DNA of 64,000 nt from a virus: IMG/VR virus record IMGVR_UViG_3300045988_168552; one strand, 5' to 3'. The notes under the pieces are model-generated. The model saw only the letters and a program-made list of their open reading frames with translations, was not told the DNA's origin and made no database searches. Positions 41,921-53,500 of the stretch are shown one piece after another. The translations under genes were made by a program, and so were the position numbers. Position 1 is the first letter of the stretch. Every line of letters begins with the position of its first letter.

Positions 41921-44827
41921 ATGAACTCACATCTCTCTATATTAATCAATGATAAGCCTGTGGCGCTCCCCGATGATTTCTCTATAGATATAGAGGATCA
42001 GAACCCGGTATTTAACGATACGGAAATGTTCTCCTATCCCTTCTCTATCCCGCTAGACGGCAACCGCTGGCTGGTAAAGAACATCGAAGATATTCATGCT
42101 GCTATGAAAGCCGTGAATATGGAGCACCTGCCTGTCAGAATCAATGCCGACGGATTGCCATTCCGCAGCGGTACCCTGGTTATGCAGGATGGTGAGGAGA
42201 TAACCAATTCTCTCTCTATGAGCATCGATGCCAGCACGCAGAGTTTCAGCGAACTTATCAGCGACCTGCAATGTCGTGATATTCCGGTCAAAGACCAGAT
42301 TATCATCGGCGAGAAAATTGGCAATGTGAGGGTGGATATTTGGAGTAACCCGGTAGTAAAAGTCAACCTGCATTCCGATGGCAAGAAAGGTGGAAAGAAT
42401 ACCACCGCCACCGTTACGACCGACCCCTTGAGAGCTAGTAAGGTACTGGAACCCCAGGCACTCGGTTTCTCCTATCCCGCAAGCTGCAAGGAATATACCT
42501 CTACTGATACGGCACACTATATCGGCGATGCCTACAACAAGAGTAAGAAATCTTATTCTTCTGGTGCGATAACGATCAATGTACCGCAAGAGACTGCCAA
42601 CGGCAACTATATTAATACCTCGGCAGCCTATGACGAGACGGATGGCGCTGGCAGACCTGCTACCTACTGCAATGCCCGAATCTGTTACAAGCATCATGCC
42701 CTTGATGATGAAGGGAATACATCGAGTGACCTCATCAAAATGGATAAGTGCTCATGGACGAATGAAGACCTCTATCCTTACTGGGTGTTGGATGCCAAAC
42801 GTCCGCAATCGGGCATCTGCTTCTATGTACTCTATTTCCTCGACTGCCTCTTTGCCCATTTGGGTGTAACCTTTGACAAACGCGCATTAATGGAGATAGA
42901 GGACCTGAAGCATCTCTGCTTCTTCACCACCGTCTGCGGTTATGATACTCTCGAACACCCCCATCACGGCGATTATTACGAAGCAAAGGAAATTCAGGAT
43001 GCCAAGGACATCATCAACAAGGATGGCTATGTAAAAGGCAGCAATCCCGAAATGGAGATCGTGGCTGCTAAATCCGTAGGCGAAATCAAGACGGGCTTCT
43101 TTAAGGATCAGAAGCATATCAATTCCTGGTTGGAGAGCCGTGGCTGCGGCGGTCAGATTGAAATCACCAAGGCAGAAGATAAGGACGTGCAGGAACTCGA
43201 GCTTACGCTGACTGAAAACGGTGTGGCTACCACCCGCCATATCCAGGTGGGCGAGGTAGTTGCTTTTCCTCCTGGCAAGGGAATGAAAGTAACGGGTATC
43301 ACCATCGAATCGAATATCAAGAAGTTTGAGGTGCAGGCAAACGTGCTCTATATGGTTGCCAACAGCGAGAATTTCCCTGACGAGAGCGTGAGCACTGTCA
43401 TCTCTTCTCTAGAAAACGCATTCGGTATCAAGTTCTCCTACGATTACGAGCAGAAGAAGGTCACGGCTTATCTCACCCGCGACGTGATGCGAAAGAGCGG
43501 CAGAAAGACTAGGGATTTCCACTGCGAAATCCATTCGATGATTCCGGTGACCGAGAAGATTACCGGTGTGCGTATGCGCTATTCAGCCGAGGAGGATGCT
43601 AAGGAACAGAAGAGTTATGTGCGCAACGCCAAGGGCGAATTGAAGGATTCCAGCTACGATACCGACTATAATTACATTGACTATCCGTTGCCCGATGGTA
43701 ACTCTAGCAAGATGGGTAGAACCGTTACGGATATGAAATATATAGAGTTTTTCCATAACATCAACAATCCAGGCGATAATAACTGCTACATCGACCGCAA
43801 CACCGGCAATGCCTATCGTGTAAAGGTCAATAAGGAAGCTAAGACTTCCAACGAGCTGAAGCCTGTACTCTTCGAGGTAGGCCAGTTCAAGGGTGTAGAA
43901 TATGGCGATTGCAGTGATGAGAATGAAGATTTCATCCACGATATTTCCATCGACTTCACCCCTGTACCTTTCAACGATGTAAACTATTTCAAGGAGGTAA
44001 AGGCAGCCTATGGTTCGCATACCGCTGATGTGACTGACTTTGAAGGCAAGCCTTTGCTAAAAAGTGTAGTGCAGATTACAGAGGCTCAACAACCTATCCT
44101 CTGCGCTTATGTAGATGAGGATATGGAGCATGAGTTTGTACTGCAGGAGATTAACCAGGTTATCTCTTCTTCTTTCTGTGATTTCTACATGAAACAGAAA
44201 TTAAAGCTCGTGGAAAGCTACGACCCTTCGGGCACGGATGATGGCAACTCACCCTTGCAGGATAAGTCACGATGGGGCTTTGCCATGGCATTAATGCGTG
44301 GTGGCGGTAGTGATGCCACCCTGCAACCATACGATTATAACTACGACCATTTCGGCACATCCAAATGGCGAACCAATGCAGGACAGTATGCCCTGGCTTG
44401 CGATTCGCTGGATATGATGGGCAATGTGTTTGATTATAATGGTGTGCAGGAAGGTGTAGGCACCGGCGAACGTTTCTCGCTGAAGATACGAGCCTTCAAG
44501 GAACCATCGTGGCTAAAAGATCCGAAGTATAAGGATTTGGTGCTCTGCAATGCCGATGAAGTAGATAAAAACGGTAAGGTAGTTAAGAAGGTCCGCTCCC
44601 GTGGTCTCTTCGATACCTTCATTCTCCCCTACGCCTATTTCCTTCTGAACAGAAAGAAGTTTATGATAAGATGCACCACCACCGTAGCGCAAGTGGCTGA
44701 TATACCGAACCACTGGCAGGATTGGTGGAATATAGGCGGCATGAAATGTCTCATTGACAAGGTGAATACCACCATTGATGCCAAGACGGGTATGGGCGAA
44801 GTAGAGTTAACGGTATATGCTTTATAA
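41921..44827 (+). CDS. large virion protein (968 aa), possible distal tail/baseplate component
   Basis: Placed by size and position upstream of the fibre genes. No motif recognised. Confidence 0.55.
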   Translation: MNSHLSILINDKPVALPDDFSIDIEDQNPVFNDTEMFSYPFSIPLDGNRWLVKNIEDIHAAMKAVNMEHLPVRINADGLPFRSGTLVMQDGEEITNSLSMSIDASTQSFSELISDLQCRDIPVKDQIIIGEKIGNVRVDIWSNPVVKVNLHSDGKKGGKNTTATVTTDPLRASKVLEPQALGFSYPASCKEYTSTDTAHYIGDAYNKSKKSYSSGAITINVPQETANGNYINTSAAYDETDGAGRPATYCNARICYKHHALDDEGNTSSDLIKMDKCSWTNEDLYPYWVLDAKRPQSGICFYVLYFLDCLFAHLGVTFDKRALMEIEDLKHLCFFTTVCGYDTLEHPHHGDYYEAKEIQDAKDIINKDGYVKGSNPEMEIVAAKSVGEIKTGFFKDQKHINSWLESRGCGGQIEITKAEDKDVQELELTLTENGVATTRHIQVGEVVAFPPGKGMKVTGITIESNIKKFEVQANVLYMVANSENFPDESVSTVISSLENAFGIKFSYDYEQKKVTAYLTRDVMRKSGRKTRDFHCEIHSMIPVTEKITGVRMRYSAEEDAKEQKSYVRNAKGELKDSSYDTDYNYIDYPLPDGNSSKMGRTVTDMKYIEFFHNINNPGDNNCYIDRNTGNAYRVKVNKEAKTSNELKPVLFEVGQFKGVEYGDCSDENEDFIHDISIDFTPVPFNDVNYFKEVKAAYGSHTADVTDFEGKPLLKSVVQITEAQQPILCAYVDEDMEHEFVLQEINQVISSSFCDFYMKQKLKLVESYDPSGTDDGNSPLQDKSRWGFAMALMRGGGSDATLQPYDYNYDHFGTSKWRTNAGQYALACDSLDMMGNVFDYNGVQEGVGTGERFSLKIRAFKEPSWLKDPKYKDLVLCNADEVDKNGKVVKKVRSRGLFDTFILPYAYFLLNRKKFMIRCTTTVAQVADIPNHWQDWWNIGGMKCLIDKVNTTIDAKTGMGEVELTVYAL

Positions 44828-44844
44828 CATAAAAAACGAAAAAA

Positions 44845-46053
44845 ATGGATAGAAAAATTTTAGTCACTGGAACGGGTATTCATTCTGCCCTAGGCAGAAA
44901 TACAAAAGAAGTAGCCCTCAATCTTTCCCAGGGCAAATGCGGTTTGGTTCATGATATGTGCCGCAACTACTATAACTCCGATCTGTGCGGAGACGTACCT
45001 AGTTGGGCAGAAGATTATGAGAAAATCCTTACCCATGCGCAGAATGCCTGCCTGCCTCTGCATGGTTTCACCGTCCTCAATGCCGTATTTGAAGCGCTGA
45101 AGAACGCAAAGGTCAGCAAGGATTTCTTGGAAAATCATAACGTTTCCATCATCGTAAGCAATGACTCTGAATGTTATGAGAGCCAAACCGTGGTGGACCA
45201 TGTGAATAAAAATCGTCACAACCGCTCTTTGCCGGTAAATACCCTGTTCCGTTCGCTCAACTCCACTATCAGTATGAACCTGGCATCCATCCTCCATATC
45301 CACGGCTTATCGCTTACCGTAAGCGCAGCCTGTGCCGGAGGAGGTCACGCCATCGGTCTTGCCAAGATGCTTCTCGATAGCAAGCAGACGGAAATGGTAA
45401 TCGTGATTGGCGCGCAGGAATGCGAATCTAATTACTGCATGGAAGCTTTCGATGCTCTCGGTGTTTTCTCACCCGATAATGTGCAGCCGTTTGGTAAAGG
45501 CAGAAATGGATTGGCACCATCAGGTGGTGCAGCCTGCATCATCCTTGAACCATCGGATAGTTTTCGTCTGAAAGAAGAGAAGGTGTATTCCTTCGCTTCT
45601 CTTTCCGGCTATGGCTTCTCTACCAATGGAAAAGCCATCACTACTCCTGATACCTATCAGGAAGAAGTATCTATGCTGAATGCTATCGAGAACGCAGGTC
45701 TGGACGAAGGTATGATAGACGTAGTACTTGCTCATGCTACCGGTACCCCGATGGGCGATGAAGCCGAGGCAAAGGCAATAGAGAAGGTCTTTCCTATCTG
45801 TCCGAACGTAGTAGCCACAAAAGGCTTAACGGGTCACGAGTGCTGGATGGCAGGCGTATCGCAAGCCGTGCAAGCCGTGATGATGCTCACCTACGGCCGT
45901 CTTTTTGGCGCTGTAACCACCGAGGAGAATGCCTTCCCATCCCTCAATCTTGTGATGCGCCCGAAGTCCTATGCTCCTCACCATATTCTCTGTAACGCCT
46001 TCGGTTTTGGCGGTACCAATTCATCCTTTATCATCTCAAAAGCATTGTTATGA
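44845..46053 (+). CDS. beta-ketoacyl-ACP synthase (KAS I/II, FabF/FabB-like)
   Basis: The Cys-His-His triad contexts look intact: 'VSAACAGGGHAIG', 'AHATGTPMGDEAE' and 'TKGLTGHECWMAG'. C-terminal 'NAFGFGGTNSSFII'. Confidence 0.85.
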   Translation: MDRKILVTGTGIHSALGRNTKEVALNLSQGKCGLVHDMCRNYYNSDLCGDVPSWAEDYEKILTHAQNACLPLHGFTVLNAVFEALKNAKVSKDFLENHNVSIIVSNDSECYESQTVVDHVNKNRHNRSLPVNTLFRSLNSTISMNLASILHIHGLSLTVSAACAGGGHAIGLAKMLLDSKQTEMVIVIGAQECESNYCMEAFDALGVFSPDNVQPFGKGRNGLAPSGGAACIILEPSDSFRLKEEKVYSFASLSGYGFSTNGKAITTPDTYQEEVSMLNAIENAGLDEGMIDVVLAHATGTPMGDEAEAKAIEKVFPICPNVVATKGLTGHECWMAGVSQAVQAVMMLTYGRLFGAVTTEENAFPSLNLVMRPKSYAPHHILCNAFGFGGTNSSFIISKALL

Positions 46054-46295
46054 AAAAAGAAGAAATAACTCCTCGCATTATCGCCATCGTAAACAGCCTG
46101 AAAACCTCGTGGGTCGGTTGCGAGGTAACAGAACACTCCAATCTCCGTGATGAGGTCCAGCTGGAATCCATCGATTTCCTCGATCTCATTCAACAGGTAG
46201 AAATGATGTTTCACATCAAGATCACCCCTGAAGAGGCAAAAGACTGCAAGCTCGTTTCCGATGTAGTCAATCTCGTAATTAAAAAGAAAGAATAA
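46050..46295 (+). CDS. acyl carrier protein-like
   Basis: 81 aa. 'LESIDFLDLIQQVEMMFHIKITPEEA' parallels the ACP DSLD..ELV...E..F helix II region. ATGA overlap with the KS stop. Confidence 0.7.
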   Translation: MKKEEITPRIIAIVNSLKTSWVGCEVTEHSNLRDEVQLESIDFLDLIQQVEMMFHIKITPEEAKDCKLVSDVVNLVIKKKE

Positions 46296-46296
46296 T

Positions 46297-47346
46297 ATGG
46301 CAAAGAAAATTAATCTCACGTCGGGTTCCATTTTTGCCGGAAACCCCATCACCTTCACCATCCAGCCCGAAACGCTGGATAGCCCCTCCTTCCACCGTGT
46401 CATCATAGAAGTAAACTTTGATAACGGAGGAAGCTACGAAACCGTGAAGCTCACGGTACCCGTCACCACCGAAGGCAATAACGTAGCCCTGGATGTCTCC
46501 TCTGCACTCCGCATCCCCCTCGACAATTTCCCGTACACCGCCACCACAAAAACCTTCCCGCTCGTAAGATGGTACATAAAAGCCTACGATGAGTATATGA
46601 ACAAAAACGGCGAAGTGCATACCAGTGTAGGCGAGGTCTATTATCCACAGAAGCCTGTCGCAGGTACCGATACTGACCTTCGCTGCATAGCAGGAGCCAT
46701 GTCGGATATGGAGCGCATTCTATCCAATCCATCCCCAGCAGTAAAAGACTTTTCCCGAAAGCCAACCTCTATCCCCGAAGTCACCGTTGTAGGCGAATCC
46801 TTCTCCTACCCAGTCTCCTATGCCTCTTCACAGATATTGGCATCCAGCACTGCACTCACCGCTCCTACCTCTTCCGAACAGAAAATCACAAAGGAAGGTT
46901 CGCAGACTATTGGCGGTCACGCCCTCTATGCTCTGCCATCCTCGGAAGCTGAAAACCGCAGTACCTTCCGCTTCATCAATGCCCGTGGCTGCCTGGAGAG
47001 CATCAATATCCCGAAAGCCTACAGCAAGAAGCTTTCGGTAGAAACCACTCCTTATACGATAGCCGTGCAGGAAACCTTCAATACCTTCTCCCGGTCCGCT
47101 ATCAAGAAGCAGAATAACCGTGAGTCGTGGCTTTATCAGAGCGACCCCCTCGATACCGCCTGGCTCTACTGGTACCTTCACGAGTTTCTGATGAGTGAGC
47201 ACGTATGGCTGAAGGTAAAAGATACCTGGCTCTCCTGCACAATCACCCAGGAAGACGAGATAATGATCAGCGATTCCACCACGCAGAATATGTACTCCGT
47301 TTCCTTCACAGTCAAGCTCGACATCAACGGAAGTCCCTACCTCTAG
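46297..47346 (+). CDS. virion-operon protein, unknown (349 aa)
   Basis: Starts 1 nt after the ACP stop. Confidence 0.6.
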   Translation: MAKKINLTSGSIFAGNPITFTIQPETLDSPSFHRVIIEVNFDNGGSYETVKLTVPVTTEGNNVALDVSSALRIPLDNFPYTATTKTFPLVRWYIKAYDEYMNKNGEVHTSVGEVYYPQKPVAGTDTDLRCIAGAMSDMERILSNPSPAVKDFSRKPTSIPEVTVVGESFSYPVSYASSQILASSTALTAPTSSEQKITKEGSQTIGGHALYALPSSEAENRSTFRFINARGCLESINIPKAYSKKLSVETTPYTIAVQETFNTFSRSAIKKQNNRESWLYQSDPLDTAWLYWYLHEFLMSEHVWLKVKDTWLSCTITQEDEIMISDSTTQNMYSVSFTVKLDINGSPYL

Positions 47347-47380
47347 CCAGTACTCCCTGCAGTCCTTATCATCGCCTATA

Positions 47381-47467
47381 CGCCCTGAAGGGGCAGCAGC
47401 TCCTAGCCCAGGGTAACACCCTGGGTAATGGCAGCATCATCAATGCGCCCTGAAAGGGCAAAAGCTT
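47381..47467 (+). repeat. 87-bp multi-hairpin MITE/REP-like element, copy B
   Basis: Full-length match to the reverse complement of 18350-18436. Hairpin CCCAGGG-TAACA-CCCTGGG. Confidence 0.75.
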
Positions 47468-47496
47468 TTTGTCCCACCTAAAACTGCAAAAACCTT

Positions 47497-47504
47497 TATC
47501 TTTG
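47497..47504 (+). promoter_or_regulatory. -7 box TAtcTTTG for the fibre gene
   Basis: 33 nt upstream of 47538. Confidence 0.5.
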
Positions 47505-47537
47505 CCCTATAAATGAATAAAAATCCAAACAAAAAAA

Positions 47538-50500
47538 ATGGCAACAGAAGCAAAGAATACAAACTATTGGATTTCGAGCAGTGCGCTCTACATCCAGCTT
47601 AATGCGATGGGTGAGCCAGACTACATCCAGTGTAGCGTAGTCTCCGGCGCATCCATCCTCTGCTATATGCAGGGCATTCCGGGTCTGGAGTATGATGCCG
47701 GTCACAACTACCAGCGCTGGCCTCTTGCTGCCTACCCTTCCGTCTTCCCTGATTCCGAGCGGAAGTACATCTATGCAGCCATCCCCCGCACGAGCACCGC
47801 CGACAACAATACCGCCGTGGTGGTATATCCGAGCGAGCGCATCGACCTGTACGGCTACTCTATCGCCAATCCCGACAAGCTGGTAGGCGACGAGAGATTC
47901 TACTACATCTATCTGCAGGGCATCATCTCTGAAGTGAAGACGGATGCTGATGGCAAGACCCGCAAGCGTAATTGGCTCCAGCACGTGGATTGTGGAAAAC
48001 TGAATACCGACGAATCCCTTTCGAGCGGTATCGATGGCTCCTGGTGGAAGTATAATTCCGTCACCGATTCCATCTCCTTCCTCAAAACCATCCTCTCTGC
48101 CACCTTTGATACGCAGACTGCCAAGGTTGCGAAAATCACGAAGCTGTTCCTGGGGGGTAGCGAGTTGAACGGCGTAGCCGATGATCTCAGCCTGGAAACG
48201 GATAACACGAAGGTGGTTACTCCTCTATATCTGGGTCAGTTTGGCGTGAAGCATTTCCTGGCGAAAGACAAGGATGATGTAGCCCATGGCACGATTACCT
48301 TCGAGAAGGTGCAGAAGTTCCTGGCAGGTCTGAATGTGGGTGATTTCAACTCAGAGAACGGCGGTTCGTGGACTCCCGATATAGAAGGTCGCTCGCATCT
48401 CATCACCGACTACCTGGAGGTGAGGATGAAGGCTATATTCGAGGAGCTTGTAATCAAGAAAACCTCCACCATCGGTGGTAAGGAGATTCTGTCTCCTGCT
48501 GGAGGCGTGGTGGCTCATAAGGTAGAAGAGGTTACTGTGACATATAATAATTTGTCACAGAAGGCTTATCGCTGCTATTTCTTAGCAGAACAGGAAGACG
48601 ATGCCGTGGATAATGATTTCGCTATTGGCGACCAAGTGCGTTCTGAGTCATTCAACGTTCGCAAGGGCACTTACCACAAAGTTGGCAATCACTTTTACTG
48701 GCGATTGGTAATCGGTCGTGATGAGGAACCTGTGGAGTTGGAAGGAAAGAAGTATCACTACATCGACCTCTCCGATACCGATTGCGCTACGGCAAGCGAT
48801 GTTCCTGCTAAAGGTGATGTGTTGTCGCAGTGCGGTAACAGAACCGATGTAGAGCGTCAGAACTGCCTTATCTTCTCGGCGGTAGATACCTATTCGCCAT
48901 CCGTCAGCCTCTATCACGGCATAAATAGCTATTCCTTTGCAAATAAAGAGTACGTGGAGTATGGCGTAAACAAGCAGACCAACAAGGCTTTCTTTAACGT
49001 CTATGGCGATATGTATGTAGGCGACCGACCTACAAAGGAGAATGGCTATGAGGGTAGTAGCTACATCAAGTATGACAGCGCAGCCAAGCAGGTATCTGTT
49101 AAAGGCAAAATCTCAGCCAAATCAACCGTGGATGGCAAGGAATTGTCTCAGTATATCAAGGAGAACTCAGCAGGAGGCTTAACCGAGGAGCAGGTGAACA
49201 ATCTCATCAAGAACTCGCAGGTGATAGCCGACCTTCAGAATCAGGTTGACGGAGCTATCGAGACGTGGTTTTACGATGGTGTGCCTACTTTGAAGAATGC
49301 GCCAGCAAGCAGTTGGACGACCGATAAGGATAAAGATACCCATCTCGGCGACCTTTACTACGACAACAAGACGGGCAAGGCATACCGCTTTGCCAAGGAT
49401 GGAAACACCTATAAGTGGACAATCATCACGGATACTGATATTGCCAAAGCTCTTTCTGATGCCAGCAAGGCACAGGAGACCGCAGATGGCAAGATGAAGG
49501 TATTTAGTGCTCAGCCTATTCCGCCTTATCAGTTGGGCGACATTTGGGTAAACGCTACCTATCCTACAGATGGCAGCATCTACAAGAATGAAATCCTGCG
49601 CTGCCAGACTGCCAAGGCAAAAGGTTCGTCATTTGCCATCGCTGACTGGACTAAGGCTTCCAAGTACACCGATGATTCTGCCCTCAATACCTTCAAGGAA
49701 GAGTACAAGAACGATATGGCTAGCTACAAGGAGCAGCTTGATGAGAAAGTGGAGACCTGGTTCTACAACTATGCTCCTACTACTCAGAATAAGCCTGCTT
49801 CCGACTGGACTACCGATACGTTGAAGTCGCAGCACGCTGGCGACCTGTTCTACAATACGTCAAATGGTTACACATACCGATGGACGGGTACGGCATGGGC
49901 GAGAATCAAGGATAACGACATCAACACTGCTATGACCGCAGCAAGCAAGGCGCAGGACACGGCAGATGGAAAGCGTACCGTTTTCACCTCTCAGCCTACT
50001 GTTCCTTATGACGAGGGCGATTTGTGGGCTAGCGGCGGAGATGATGGCAAGACTTTGATGGTGTGCGTTAAGAGTAGAGTCACTGGCAGTTTCACCTCAT
50101 CAGAATGGGTAAAGGCTAATGATTCCGACCTCAACGCATTCGCCAAGACCATAGAGGAAAGCTTGAATGGAATACGAGACCAGCTCGACAAGAAGGCTGA
50201 GACTTGGTATCAGGCAACCGACCCGAGTACATCCTGGACTACCGATGATGCGAAGAAGGAGCATAAGGGCGACCTGTGGTATAACACAAGCAACAACCAG
50301 ACTTTCTTTTGGAATGGTACGAAATGGGATAAGCAGGACGTGCCTACCGAGGTCTTCGACAAGATAGATGGCAAATCCAGCATCTATGTAAGCAAGCCTG
50401 CATCCTATGAGGAACGTGACCTCTGGATTTTGGAAGCAGCATATACCCTCGGTGGTGTTGCATATTCCAAGGGCGAGCTTGTCGTGGCAACCAAGACCAA

Positions 50501-53500
50501 TGCTTCATTCAGCGCAGCCGATTGGACAAAGAAGGTTAAGTACACAGATGATACTGTAGCGAACGCCGCCAAAAAGGCAGCAGAGAAGGCTCAGAAGGCG
50601 GCAGAAAAGGCGCAGGGTGACATCAGCAAATTAGGAACTACCGTAACTGACAACAAAAAGGCATTCGATAACTACGTAACAGATGGCTATCTAGAGCCTT
50701 CCGAGATTGCGGCTATGGCGCAGGATTCCAAGCGACTTGAAGATGCTTTTGCAGCCGCCGAGAAGTCTTACACTGAGGTAAAGGGAGCAGAGGTACTGGC
50801 GAACACCAAGGAACTCACTGACCTCAAAACTGCTTTTGCAACACTCACTACTGCCAAGACGGAACTCGTCACGTATCTCTCCGATATTTCGGCAAGATAT
50901 AATAAGGCTGATACTAACGGCAAGGCAACCATCGTCTCAGCAGTGGGAACGAAATTTACCAACTTCCAGGGTGCGTATTCGGCTTTCTACGACAAACTGG
51001 GTCTGGCGAACGCATATATCACTCGCAAGATATATGGCGACCTCGGTGTAGTTATAGGTGACGTAACCAGCCTTGCTTATTTAAAGAAGGCTCTGATGGA
51101 TACTCCCGATACTGAGATTAACGGAGGTCTGATTCTTACATCACTCATCGGTTTGCGAGACACGGGCGGAAACACTACGGCAGGTATCAATGGTATAACG
51201 GAGAAGTCTGCAAAGGGAGGCGGCATCGCTGCTTGGTTCGGTGGCGAAATGGTTGATAAGGACTACAACGATGGCTCGAAAACTCCTGCTAACACCATCT
51301 TCCGCTTCGATGGCTCGGGCTATGTGGCAGGCGGCGCAATCTGGTGGGGAACAGATGGTAGGGTTCATGCAGACCCGACATCGTTTATCATCAGCGAGAA
51401 GAACTTGGGTGCATACCTCACCTTCTTTGAACCAACATGGAAGTCAGGAAGTGCAGGAACGAGCGTTGCCGACCTTGTGTCGCTGAAGCCAAACGCACCA
51501 TTTTCCAAACTTGGTGTATCGGGCGATGCTACATTCGAGGGTGCAATCACCTTTCACGGAATCAGCATCACGTATGATGCGACCAACAAGGCTATCAAGA
51601 TAGATGGTAATCTCTATGCCACAGGCGGTATCACAGCATACGGAGCAGGAACGTCAACATCAGGTGGCGGCGGATTGAATGGTAGTGTAAAGAGCTATGC
51701 AGATGCCTTGAAGCTCACATCAGAATCGCTGTCTGAGGTTGCTTCTGCCTACTCCATCAAGGCTCTCAGCAGACGAATTGATAACATTGCTACAGAGCTT
51801 GGTGGTCTTAGCCTCTCTTGGGATAACATCACTGGCAAACCATCTACGTTTGCACCTAGTGCGCACACTCATAAGTGGGCTGAAATCACCGACCGCATCA
51901 CGAAGGTAAGCCAACTTACTAATGATAGCGGTTATACAAAGAATACTGGTACTGTTACATCTGTTAGTCTTACTCTTCCTGCTGGTTTGACTTGTGCAAC
52001 AAAGACCATCACAACAAGTGGTACGTTTGCCATCAGTCTTGCTTCTGGTTACTCTATTCCAACAACAACTAAACAAAGTTCTTGGGATAGTGCTGTATCA
52101 GTAAAACATAGTCATAGTAATAAATCTGTATTAGACGGTATTTCGTCCGCAAAGGTAACTCATTGGGATAGTGCCTACGACTGGTATGCTCTTATGACTA
52201 CTGACGAGGAGACTGCGGACGGCATTATCAATAAGTGGAACGAGGTAGTGAGCTTCCTCGCAAATATTGCACAGACTGACACTTTGAGCGGTATTGTTGA
52301 CGGAATCAATAAGTCTATATCTGACGAGGTAACAAGAGCGAAAAAGGCAGAAGGGGTAAATGCTTCGGGCATATCAGCCAATAAGACGAGTATCACCACC
52401 TTGCAGGGCTACTTCACCAACGGCTCAGCGAAGAAGGCTCTCCAGCTCACGAATGCTCGCAAGCTTTGGGGTAACTCGTTTAACGGTACTGCCGATATTA
52501 ACGGAAGCATCATCTTGCCTAGTGGAAAGTATATCTCCATCGGTAACATCAAGTTGGAGTATGATGCAGCTAATAAGGCGCTGAAGATTACGAATACTAC
52601 GACCGAAGAGGTGGCTAACCTCTACACAAGTGGTGGTGTTTCTGCCTATGGTGTGGGAACATCATCATCAAGTGGCGGTGGTCTCAACGGCTCTGTAAAG
52701 GCTTATGCTGATGCTATCAGGCTTACTACTGAAAACCTTTCAGAGATTGCTTCTGCATACTCAGTAGCAAAGCTCTATTCGGAGATTCAGAATGTGGCAA
52801 GTGCTGTTCCTAGTATCAGCGTGTTTGTGCCAACTGGCGGAAATGCCCTCACTGGTGCAACCTATGATGCAAGTACTGGTGTAATTACTTTCGCGAAGGG
52901 TACGTTCCTCACGGCTCATCAGTCTCTCGATGGTTACGTTAATGCGATAGCAGTTAGCGGAAGTGGAAATGCCGTTACTGCCGTTACAAAGAGCGGCAAG
53001 ACCATCACCTTCACGAAGGGTGCTACATATCTCACCTCGCATCAGAGTTTAAGTAATTATTACACCAAGAGTAGTGTAGATTCTCTTCTTAATGGTAAGT
53101 CTGCTACTACTCATACACATAGTGTAAAGATTAACGGTATCACTAAAACCATTGCGGCTAGTGGTGGAGATGCTGTAGATTTGGGAACTTATCTCACAAC
53201 ACATCAAAGTCTCGCAGCTTATGCAACTCAGAATTGGGTTAAAAATGAAGCTACTGCTCATAACGCAGATATGGTAGATAATTATCACGCTAGTGGTTTG
53301 TTTACTGGTTTCAGTATTTCTGATGTTGCAAACAAGGTTACTATTAGTATTGGTGGAACTTCTAAAGCACTGAATTTAGTAAGAGCTTTTCCTAGTGGTG
53401 TTGGACACAATTTTAACGATATTGCAACACACGGGAATAGTATGGGTATGTCTAATATTGCAGCACCTTATGCTAGTTCTACAGATAACTATCAAACGTT

